This document shows positions 7,861-18,895 of a stretch of DNA of 64,000 nt, in pieces. Source of the DNA: Geosiphon pyriformis uo1 (lineage: Eukaryota > Fungi > Glomeromycota); the NCBI GenBank assembly GCA_016748015.1, contig JAAOMT010000222.1, positions 499,924 to 563,923 of the forward strand, given 5' to 3'. Below the pieces are notes generated by a model. It was not told where the DNA came from. It saw nothing but the letters and a program-made list of their open reading frames with translations, and made no database searches. The position numbers and the translations under genes are program-made. How positions within the stretch are numbered: the stretch's first letter is position 1; each line of letters starts with the position of its first letter.

Positions 7861-10638
7861 TAGCTTTGGTCTGTGTTACTGGTGGTTTCTTCGTAAACTT
7901 ACCTGGTTCCATTCGGATCTTTCTTCGCTGGTCCACGTTGGTACGGCTGGTAGTCCTGTTCTTTGGTCATCAGCCCAAGAAAGCTGATAGGTTTCAATGG
8001 CTGGTAGTGCTGGATTTTCCTCAAATTCGAAGATAGGTCTTTGGTTGGCGCTGGGTTTTTGGAAGTGGCCACAGGTGGCTGGAATTTTGGCCTGGTGGCC
8101 ATTATAATTGATCAGAAGCTCTTGGGTGGTCTAGTCTAGGGTGGTGTTGGCTTTTGTTAGCCAGTCATTCCCTACTAACGCTTGATATTGTGTAGCGTCC
8201 ATTACTAATACTTTTGTAGGTATTACTATGTCATTAATTTCGAAAGGGAATGAGTCGATTTCGCCATGAGACAGCTTTGTACTTCCATCGGCTGTTATGA
8301 TTTGGGACGTCGTGGCACAATCAACTTTGAAACCCAGTTGGTTTACTAGTTGAAGCGTTATGATGCTTCCAACAGATCTGCTGTCTAAGATAAGTTTGAT
8401 TGGGGTATTGTTTACAGTGGCTTCCGTATACATAGCAGTGATTGGGCGTTTTTCGTCCAATGCTGCTCCACTGAACATAGCCTCATTTTCCTCTAATTCA
8501 AAAGGAAAAATAGCTGCAAGGCTGCTATCTTCGGTAGCAACTGTTGGTGGTATTGTCTGGCTTAATTTGGAGGAATTCTTGGTTCTGTTTATGTTTCTAC
8601 CGTCATTGTTTCCGATGATCAGGTTTTCCAGTATATTAAGGTAAGTTTGTTGATAATTTTGGTAGTTTGGATTGGTTTGCTGATTGGTTCCGGCGCGGTT
8701 TAGATTTCTCTGGACCAACGCGTTCTGGTTCCACATGGGCTGATTTCGGGCCTCGGGATGCCAATTCGGGTTGGCTATCATGGGCTGTTGCTGGTAAGCT
8801 CCTTGATTTTGATACGTGGTGAGATATTGGCATGGTATTGGCATGTACTGGTTTCTGGGCATTTGGGGTGGCACATAGTAATTATTATCGCGTGCTTCCT
8901 GTATCATTCGCGTTCGACATTGACTAATCAAATGTCCTACGCATTTGCAAAAATGACAGGCACGTGTTTCTGTTCTGAATTCCTGGGGTGACGAGCGATT
9001 ATTTCGACTGTTGCTGACTTCCTGGCTGCGTCTTTGGAGTGGTTGGTATGTATTTTTTCTTGGATCCGGGATAAGGTAACTTTTTATTTTCTTAGAGAGT
9101 TCCTCCCCTAATTGCGTTACTCTTTTCTCTAATGTTTCTGTCTTATTTTCTTCCATTACCATGTTAACCATTTGACTATGGTTAGCTTCTTTCTTAGCTG
9201 ATTCAAGGGCTCTGGTGAGTGTAACAGCTTCTGGTAAGGAATTAGGGTGGGCAGGGCGTACTCTTCCTAAAATGCTGCTTTTTAATCCTCTAATAAACTG
9301 ATTTAAAACCTGAGGATCAGTGTAGTATCCTTGTTCAATTGCTTCAATCTGACGGCGAATTCGATTGAATCGAGCAAGGTATTGGGTGACAGTTTCACCA
9401 GTATTTTGTTTAATAGTATTGAATTTGTTCTGTAGTTGGATTACGGCGTTTGGGTCACTAAAATACTCCAGGAGTGCATTTTTAAATTCGGCAAAGCTTG
9501 TGGGTTTTGTTTCCAGGCTTTGATACCACAAGTTGGCTGTGCCTTTCAGGAAGAAAGGTAATGTTTGAATTGCTCTTTGGTCATTCCAGTTATTTGCTTG
9601 GATGGCTTTTTGTGCTTCTCTGAGCCATGTGTGCACGTCCGTTTCTTCTTCCTCTCCTGAGAAATCTGTTAGTCTTGCAATGTATGGTGTGGTCATTTTG
9701 TTGCCGTTTTCTGCTGGTGGGTTTATTGCTCTAAGAGGAGGTGGGATGATATTTCCTTGAGCGTTCCTAAAGATGGCTTCCCTTATATCCGGTTCTTCTT
9801 CTTGATCACGAGTTTCTTGGTTTCTGGACTGGCTGCTTGTTCCAGTGACTGGTCTTGTGATTGTTTTTTCGCTGGTCTCTTTTTCGGATTCCGATTCAGA
9901 CTCCTCTTCACGGTTTTCAAACCCTGTTCTAAATTTTGGCTAAAAAAGAGGGTTTTGGAATAGTGATGAATATCCTCCTGTAATTGGTATGTCTCCCCAG
10001 TTACATTGTTTAATTTTATTAGTATAACTAGGAGTTCTTGGCGTTTGTGAAGTTGATGTTGATGATGATGCAGCTCCTAATGAAATTTGTATTTTATTTT
10101 CTGGTGAAAAATGGTATGATTTATCTTCTGGTGAATAAATACGTTGTTTCTTTATTGATTGAGTGACAGTTTTCTTTGGTGTTTGAGCTGGTGTTCCTAG
10201 TTTTTGCTGGTTACTTTCCTGATTAGTTTCTAAATTTTCTTTGGTTTTGTTGGCACGTTCCCTAGTGTTTTCTGTGGATATTGGAAAATTTTTGTTGGCG
10301 TATTGCTCAATTTCTCGATGGATTTTGACAATAGTTGCAGCTATTACTGCTACTTTTTTTGTAGTGTATTGTGATAATTCTCTATACAATCCAAGTTTTG
10401 TGTCATGTGATTCTTCTTCCTTTCCTATATGATAATTTATTCTGGCGTTAATATAATAAGTGAGAACAGATTCTGCTGGACAACATCCTTCTGGTAATCC
10501 AAGATCACTTTGATTTTGTGTGTAAATAGCACGGCAGAATTCAAGAACAGTAAGATTAGGGGTTTTTGTCGCCACTTTTGTCTTTTCCTTTTTAGCAATG
10601 AATTATTGCTAATTATTATTTTCTTTTTGATTTTCTTT

Positions 10639-10655
10639 CCTCGTAGGGTTCACCA
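10639..10655 (-). other. Primer-binding site of element A (tRNA-Trp-like)
   Basis: TGGTGAACCCTACGAGG lies 2 nt after the 5' LTR; its complement ...GGGTTCACCA resembles eukaryotic tRNA-Trp 3' ends (from memory, unverified). Confidence 0.8.
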
Positions 10656-10657
10656 AA

Positions 10658-11363
10658 TGTTACGGGATGGTTTTCTTGTTATATTTAATTGCTGATATCC
10701 CGCTTTAATTGCAATCAGTCTTTTGTGAGTTCCTCAATTCTATTTGTGTGATAATGTTACTGTTATACTGAAGGCTTTTTTTTTACTGTTGTGATGTAAG
10801 TTATTCTTTAATTCTTGATTGTTGTGTGTGTTTATGTACTCCTTCTCAAAGGCTGAACTGAAATCTACCCACTGTCTGGGGTCTTCTTTGAGGCTATCCT
10901 TGCAATTGCCTGATGTGTTTCTCTAATCTAGAAACACAGAATGTTAATGGTCTTTAGTGCTTTTCTAATTCTCACAATAAAGCTTTTATCAATTAGTAAC
11001 AANNNNNNNNNNNNNNNNNNNNNNNNNNNNNNNNNNNNNNNNNNNNNNNNNNNNNNNNNNNNNNNNNNNNNNNNNNNNNNNNNNNNNNNNNNNNNNNNTA
11101 TTTCCCAATATTAAAACTACTGTATATATACATGTTTGTAGTTCTACGAGAAAATACTTTCTTTTTGATATTTCAACCTGGTGTTTGCTGCTATTACCAG
11201 TTGGTGTTGGCTGCTATTGTGAACTGGTGCTTGCCACTATCACGAGATGGTGTTTGCTACTATGTTAATCATTACCTTTCTAAGATTATTACTGTGCTAT
11301 ATTATGATTGAATAGTTTGTATTATTTTTATGATTCTTTTTGCTAAATTCTTAAACCATAACA
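10658..11363 (-). repeat. Element A 5' LTR (contains N gap 11003-11098)
   Basis: Matches 1839-2690 on both sides of the gap. Confidence 0.95.
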
Positions 11364-11367
11364 CTGT

Positions 11368-12321
11368 TCTTAAAAACTGGACTGACTAAATAGAAACTAA
11401 TTTATCTTCTTTGCTGGTTTCTGGTGTTATTATTAGTGGTGCTTGAAAAACTATTGTTAATCATCAAAAATTTGCTAAGTGGATGACCTTTACTTTAGTG
11501 TCTAATGCTACTTTTAAGATTAAATTGGCTTATATTAAAACTGTTTTTCAGTCTATATATGGTTTTTTAGATGTAAAATCAGTGTTAAAAGACAATATAA
11601 AGCTTTTTTGTATAGAGTTTGCTTTTTAAGAGTCTTTGAAAACTGCTTTTTTGGTTGGGCTTATGAGCTCTATTTGTTTAGTTACTCTTAAAATTGCCAA
11701 GTTTTTGGTAATTTCTGAGTTTGATTTCTTTTTTGCTGCTGTTGTACTGCATAATATGTCTTTGGCTATATTTGTTGTTAATATTAAAACAGTTTTTGGT
11801 GTGTTTGGTAAAGTTGTTTGTATTGTGCTAAAGTCTGTTAGTATTTGGTAATATATGGTTGTTTATTTTAAGAAACTAAACTCTGCTGTTTCTATTTTGA
11901 ATTATTGGTTAGTCTTAATAGATAATAATAGTATTAAAATTTTCCTCTTGGTTAATCAAAATAAAACTATTTTGTTTTATAATAAATTTAAGACCAAGTT
12001 GATCAGTCTTTTTTTTGACTGTATTATCTTTGAAATCAGTAATATAATTTCTTAAATTAGTGATTGGATGTGTTTTATTTTTTGTTTTCTTAATTTTGGT
12101 TATTATTTTTAGTTTGTTCTGATTACATTTGGATTTCAAGTAGATTTGAATACTGTAAGCAAAACTAGTACTCTGAAAAAGTGCCACATTTAATAAAAAA
12201 CCCTTAGAAATAAGTACTGCTTTTAGTGTTAGAATTCAGATTATCTGGCTTTGAATTGTAAGATGTCTTTATCTCTCTTTTTTAAGATTCTCAAAACTTT
12301 TATCTTTTATGTTGTTGGTGT
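11368..12321 (+). pseudogene. Decayed LINE-like ORF1, segment 2 (RRM-like region and CCHC knuckle)
   Basis: Degenerate FKIKLAYIKTVFQ...FCIEFA, VVYFKKLNSAVS, FKTKLISL; CCHC-like CF*C*NSD(Y)LALNC at ~12217-12258. Confidence 0.6.
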
Positions 12322-13309
12322 TATTATCTAAATAGAAAAACCAATCCAAAGTTATAAAGAAAACATGACCAAAAATGTGATAATATAAAATAATACAGAA
12401 TAATACAAAATAATATATAATAACTTAAAATAACATAATACAAAACTTAATAATGTGTTAATACATAAAATAACTAGTTGAAACAGAGAATAACTAGTAA
12501 TAACATAAAAAAACAAAGCAATAATAGAAATAGTAAAACAATAGCTAACAAAAACAAAACAATTATAAAACAATCCTATAAAACCAAAAAGAATATATAA
12601 AAATAAGTAGTTATAGAAGTTAAAAAAACAGCCAGACAAGAATCAATTTTTTTCTTTCTTATAATTATTATATTATACAAAAAAAAAGACTTATTTGAAA
12701 AAACACAAAATTATCAATACATGGTTATCAATCATTTTATGTTTAAATTGAACTAATTTTTGTTTCATTTTTTCATTCTAGAACAGATATTCTTAGCATA
12801 AATGCCTCAAATCTTAATAACCTAAACCAATCACTTTTAATTACAGTGATTGACAATACTAATTTATCTTTTTTTATTTTTTTTTATTTTTTATTTTTAT
12901 TTTTTTTTATTTTATTTTATTTTGTAAAATAACAACATAAGAAAATCAATTGTCTGGGAATAAACTTCATAAAAGCCTGGTAAAAAAGGGAAGCTTTTTC
13001 TAAGTTTGGATATTAACATTATCTTGGTAGCTTACCAGAAAGGTGAAAAGACACTACCAGACTTTAATAATTGTGCTTATTAGCTCGAAAAAGATAGCTC
13101 ACATTTATATACAAAAAGTTGTAATACTACAAAACATCTTTCTGTGTCTTATAACCAAAAAACTCCATGGGTAAATACACATCTAAAGAAAAAATTTTAG
13201 AGACTGATAATTAAAATCAGTTATACTGCAAAGACCAATTAAAAGTTTACAAAACTCGAATTAAAGCACTAAATATTACCATTATACTTTACCAAGTTTA
13301 TCCATAACA
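12322..13309 (+). repeat. Element C 5' LTR
   Basis: Aligns to 41381-42364; ends CATAACA followed by TT and the PBS TGGTGCTCT. Confidence 0.9.
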
Positions 13310-13372
13310 TTTGGTGCTCTTTATAAAGTTATAAAAATCTACAAAGACAAAGCACCCCAGAAATTCACAAAA

Positions 13373-16300
13373 ATGGTGACTTTCAAGACAATAGAAAAAG
13401 ATTATTCATTATACAGAAAAGTATTATTTCAATACTTTAGACAAAATTTGGGAATATTACTTGAAGTATTACTACTAAAAGAGATTTTTGTTAATATCTA
13501 CATGAAAAAATTGACTGTCTGTTAAGCTAAACAATAAACACAAGAAGAATCAGAGAACAGATACACCAAAAACTATTAACATACTTAACAAAAACCACTA
13601 CCTAAGCCATAGCTAAAACTCTTCAAATAATTGATAAAAAAATTGAGAAATACACAACACAATAGTATTTTCAAGTAAAAAAAAGACAAATAACAAAGCC
13701 TAATTTCATAGAATCCGAGTTCAAATCTGATAATACAACAGCTACACAAGAACAAACTTGATCTACAATTAGCAAAAAATCAAAGTTCTTTTTACCAACC
13801 ACTTTGTTATATTATTAGACACCAGAAAATAGAATCCTATTCAACCAATTCTCAGAAACACAAACAAAAATTCCAAGAACTTCCAGAACTATATACTCTT
13901 GAGACCATAATAATAATCTTTAAACAAAATCCTTGGAAGAATACAAATTGTTATTTAGGAATTTTATCTTAACAACCAGTCAATTTAGCAGAAACATGTT
14001 CTCTTGGGCATTACCATTAGCACAGCTCTTAACAGAGCTAGCAACTATTTCTACAGAAGAAACAGCCATCTTACTACCTATTGATCCTAATAAAAGAAAA
14101 CAACCAGCATTAGTATTCAGAAAACAATATAGTACCTCACCATTAATTATCTCAGTCTTAACCAATAAACTATTTCCAATCAATTAGAACATAACTTACT
14201 GAAATATTATGAAGCTTAAAAAATTTTCTGAAGAGGAAGATAATACATATTCTTGGATTGTAGAAGCCAAAAAAACAATTATCACTAACAATTGGAATAA
14301 TAACAAAACAATTCAAGCATTGTTTTTCTTTCTAATAGGAATGGCAGATTTGTGATACCAAAGTCTTGAAGAAAAACCAACTGACTTTGCTAATTTCAAA
14401 CTTGCTTTTTTGCAATATTTTTGTGATTTTAATATGTTTATCAGATTACAAAACCAGTTTAGTATAGTAAAACAAAAAGATCATAAAGCCATAACCACTT
14501 ATTTTAAACGATTTAATCAAATTTTCTGACAAATTTAAGTGATTAAAAGGGACTATTACACATCTGGACAAATCTTTAATCAATTTATCAAAGGATTAAG
14601 AAATAATATCTTATAATCAGTAAGACTTCAGTGCTCAACAAACTTACAAAAAGCAGTCTTTCTTGCTCATGACTTTGAATTAGCAGAACAAGAAGCCAAC
14701 TATACTTAAGCCATTAATTTGGCCATCAATAGAACCTCCAATATTGACAAAAACCTTATCCAATTAAGTGAGAAATTAACTCAGAAAATTGAGAGATTTT
14801 TAGCCAGTACTATAAGAATCTACCAGCCACTTCAACAAAGAGACAACAACAACAGATATCAACTGCAACAGAATTGTCAACAACAACAACAACAACTCTG
14901 AAGCTCAAATTCTCATAACTGTTACTATTGTCAAAAACCCAGACATATTGCCTGAAATTGCTAAAAAAAAGTAACAAACCAAAACTAAGAAAATCAATAT
15001 TATCAACAACCAAGATATTCTTAAGCCTTAGGACTATAACACTTAGCACTTCAATATCAACTGCCACAGTACTCACAACAAATGCTTTAGAATTACTATT
15101 AGTCACTACCAACAATGACTCAATTAGCTGTATATAGTCAACCAAAACTGTAAGCAATTAACTACAATTAAAGATGGCAAAACATCAATGAAAATCAACC
15201 ACAACTTATTAATGAGCCATCCAGACCAATCAATTATAATAACACAACATTTTAACTCATACCAATTGGATATTCCAATCAAGCTTTGTATTTTGGTCTT
15301 ATTGAAACTCAGAATTTTGGTAATACTACATCTTTAAAAGAGAAAAATATAGGCAAACTTCTCAATTTTTTGACTCTAAAAACTATCTTGACTACCACTA
15401 CTATTCTACCTACTACTATTACAAAAGACACCATTCTGGTCACTATATTCTCCTTTAACCTTGATAATCTGAACAACACTACTGACTTTTTTAGCAGAGC
15501 TGCTATTAACTAGAACAAACTAATTATAGTGATGTATATTAACACTTGAGTAGAAAAAATAAATATTAAATTAATACTCAACAGTGGGTCTGTAGATAAC
15601 ATAATTACAAAACAACTTATAGATTAATTAGATCACTAAGTGAATTAGGCAGCTACTACTCAAATTATTATAGCAGATAAAAATACCAAGACTTTGATAG
15701 AAAAAATTGACAATTTTTCCTTTAAAATTAGCAAAATTCAAATATCTACTAAAATTTTTATCATAGAAACTACCTAATATCAAGCCCTTATAGGAAATGA
15801 TTGGCTAACAAAAACCCATACTACTTTAGACTAGAACATACAAAAGCTCTAAATCACTTTTAAAAGACAACACACTTAAGTATCTGCAATATGTAGACAC
15901 TTCTGAATAGCAATTTCAGAACAATCATTAATTGAATTCAATGAACTGATTTTCCAACCAATTTTAGAAACATATTAGGTTTTTTGAGTGAACAATTTTT
16001 AAACAGAGCTTTTACTAACCTCTACTTGGGAGGATAAAAGAAAAAAAAAAGCTGATAAAGAACATTAAGTTTTACTACCAATTTACTAAACACCATATTA
16101 AAAAAAGCAACTATACTGACTTCTAAAGCTAAGTTGTGTTGATTGTAGAAAAAAATTATTTTTAATGAGCACTTACATCAGAGACAACAAAATTTGGCTG
16201 ACTATTACAAAATATTATTGTCAACTATGTATGTTAGAAAAATTTGAATGACCAAAGCAGCAGAGCAAATAAAACAATATTTTTTGTTTTGCATATGGTG

Positions 16301-18017
16301 AAATTCTACACAATAAAGATTTATAGAATAATGTTTCTGGAAGAAAAGAAATCTGTAATAAGTCTTGTTAATACACAATCCTAATCAATGACTGAATGCA
16401 AAAAAGAACTCTGTTTACTGTAGTGTATCAACAGACAATAAACCAACTAGAAGACTATTCTTATAACAAAGAAAAAATTTGGGAAATGGCTTTAGCAAAA
16501 TATGAAAGAGCCACCATTAAAAAAATATATGCTATTAAAGATGCCTTTGTAATTATCAAAAAAATAGATGATTTATTCACAGATAACCCAGAAGTATTCT
16601 AAAACCAATACCAAGAATTGGCTTTTACTTAAAAGAAACAAAAATAAAGACTAGTTGATCTTAATACAAAGCTGTGTGATTATTGTCTGATTTCTTGTCA
16701 TTTTCAATACTGTAACAAGTATAATTTCTTATTCAATCTATTTTCAAGAATGTTATATCTTATTATAAAATTATTAGAATTCAAAGAAGACCATAAATTA
16801 GTCACCAAAGACATGTTATTTTAAGAGCCAAATGAGACTGCTAAAATAGAACAGTACCTTGCTTATCCTGATTTTTCTAAAAAATTGGAATTAAAATAGT
16901 ATAGTAACAACTATAAAAAAATATGTCTTGAGAAAATACACAAAACTGATACTAGTTTTGACTTAAAATACCCTGGACAATCACTCATAGTCATAGCTCC
17001 ACATTTTCTTATAACAATAGACCTAAAAATAGCCTTGAAAATTCCTATTAATATGATAGTACAAGTCACATCTCAATCTAGTCTGGCCAAGAAAAAAATT
17101 GATGTGAAAAAAAGAATTATCAATACTAGATATACAAAAAATATTATCATGATGTTACAAAACAATTCAGATCAACCCTACAAAATTGAGTCACAAGAAA
17201 AGATTGCTCAAGCTATCTTTTTGTCTTTCATAAAAATACCCCAATTAACTCTAGTTATTATGCACAAAGAATTAGATCTCATCACCAAAAAAATTAATGG
17301 ATTCAGATTAAATAGAAAAAGAAACATATCCATCAACTTTATAGAAAAAAACAGCAATTAGGTAGAACTTATATACATAAACACAGTTATTTCTATTTTT
17401 CCATGTTAATAATACATTTTTAAAATAAAGAGAAAGATCCAAGATCAAGTTATATTATTCAAAGCCAATCCAAAAATCTGTTCTTTAGCCAATATAGCCA
17501 ATTTATATATGTTAATCAAAGTTTATAAACATCTAAAAATCCCCATCTATAATTATACTGAGAATACCATCAAAATTTCAGAAAAAACTTTCATTAGTTC
17601 TATATTCCTAGACATTTAGAATTCAGAAAAACCACAACCCATTCCAGATTTTATGCAATTATTCTTATTTTGCAATATTACCTTGCAAGTATAGAATCTG
17701 CCAAAAAAAAGTTATTTGTTCATACTGGAAAAAATCAATAAATTAAATTTGAAAAACTTAACCATTCTATAGTAAATCCAACTCAAGATCTTTTTAAATT
17801 AATACATTAATGTCTTTACCAGCAAAAATGAGTTTAAACACACTGATATTGTTAAACATCAGATTGACATAAAAGATGCATGACTCATTAAGCAATGGGT
17901 CTATAGAATAAACTCAACAGGCAACAATCTAATTAAACAGGAGGTACAATGAATGCTCGACAATAGTTTAATCAAAAAATTGTTAAGTCTTTGGTCCTCT
18001 TCAGTTGTATTAATCAC
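13373..18017 (+). pseudogene. gag-pol: Element C ORF1, 5' part (Gag, PR, Cys-rich insert, dUTPase, start of RT), heavily mutated
   Basis: Degenerate KLKKFSEEED, CYYCQKPRHIA*NC, LILNSGS and dUTPase (~16926-17312: TSFDL, QSSLAKK, KIAQAIF). Confidence 0.88.
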
Positions 18018-18833
18018 TATTATTCATAGAAATATAGAAAATATATTAGCACAATTATTAGCCAATCAGAAGTAAGCATAGTAAATGTGGAATTCTAGGA
18101 TTTCTTTTAGGAATTGCAGGATTCCAAGAATTTCAGAATTCCTCTTAAAGGAATCGCAGAATTCCAAGAATTCCAAGATTCCTGTTATGAAGAATCAAGG
18201 AATTGAGGAATCTCAATTATGTATATATAGTGGTAGTGTTAGAAACAGAAAAAACAGAATCAATACCACAGAATTCTTAGCAAGAAACAAAATCATCAAA
18301 TAAATAATTATTCCATATCTCAATCCACTTTCCACTATTAACACTTCATGTTGATAGTAATTGATACTTGACCACACTGGAACAATAGTTCTTGATCATG
18401 ACTATTAACAGAATATTAATCTGCCAAACTGCCTGGGCTTATTTCTTTTCTTTCTTTATTTTTTTTTATTTTTCTTTGTTTTATTTTCTTTTGTTGTTTA
18501 CTAATTGAGTAAAAAGATTAAGCGCTGAGTTATTGATGTTAAAGATAGTTTGGTAAAAGACCCAGAAATAAGGGTAGAATTTTATATATTATTGGATAGC
18601 TTACCAGAAGGGCACGACTGCCAGACTAAATCTAACTACTATGCTGAGAAAAAAATTGGGAAAACTCTTGATACATCTGCTATTGACACTATTGAATCTC
18701 TGTCCATTATACAAAGAACTCCATCAAAATCTTCAGATACCACATCTTCAGAACATCATCAACGGAAATAACTTTTGAGTACCAAGTTACAGGTTGTTAT
18801 TTACTTCAACAGCAGAAATAATCACCTGTAACA
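18018..18833 (+). repeat. Element B 5' LTR
   Basis: Direct repeat of 27262-28026; AGCCAATCAG CCAAT box at ~18060, GGAATTCC-type repeats, TATATATA at ~18222. Confidence 0.95.
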
Positions 18834-18835
18834 TT

Positions 18836-18852
18836 TGGTGCTCCTTGTGAGG
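18836..18852 (+). other. Primer-binding site of element B (tRNA-Ile(UAU)/elongator-Met-like)
   Basis: TGGTGCTCCTTGTGAGG, complement CCTCACAAGGAGCACCA; the same PBS type occurs in C, E and F. Confidence 0.82.
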
Positions 18853-18895
18853 TATAATCCTACAGAGAACCAGCACCGACAACACCAAACCAAAA

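Larger units (their letters stand above)
4867..10575 (-). pseudogene. gag-pol: Element A ORF1 polyprotein (~1900 codons): N-terminal extension, Gag, PR, Cys-rich insert, dUTPase, RT, RNase H
   Basis: Track ORFs 9940-10575, 8131-9696, 7462-7854, 7222-7413, 6940-7134, 6481-6873, 5452-6279 and 4867-5343 all share one frame and are separated only by point-mutation stops. Motifs: CCHC (CHFCKCVGHLISQC), LILDS(R)S protease, YLDD, ATDAS/TDH. Confidence 0.93.
1839..11363 (-). mobile_element. Element A: full-length Ty3/Gypsy-type LTR retrotransposon with dUTPase; least decayed copy
   Basis: Paired LTRs with TGTTA...TAACA ends; 4-bp TSD CTGT (1835-1838, 11364-11367); PBS and PPT; PR-RT-RH-IN domain order. 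Confidence 0.97.

Noticed and set aside
4867-10575. Alternative genetic code or stop readthrough to explain the many in-frame stops
   Set aside because: All three stop types occur, at different positions in each copy, and each derives from a W, R or Q codon by one transition. Only the post-RNase H stop is shared across all families.
11003-11098. Length difference between the A LTRs (706 vs 852 bp)
   Set aside because: The 96-N gap replaces about 260 bp, so most of the difference is an assembly artefact.
18085-18200. LTR tandem repeats as a CRISPR array
   Set aside because: The units are degenerate, lack unique spacers, lie within LTR U3 and have no cas genes nearby; the context is eukaryotic.
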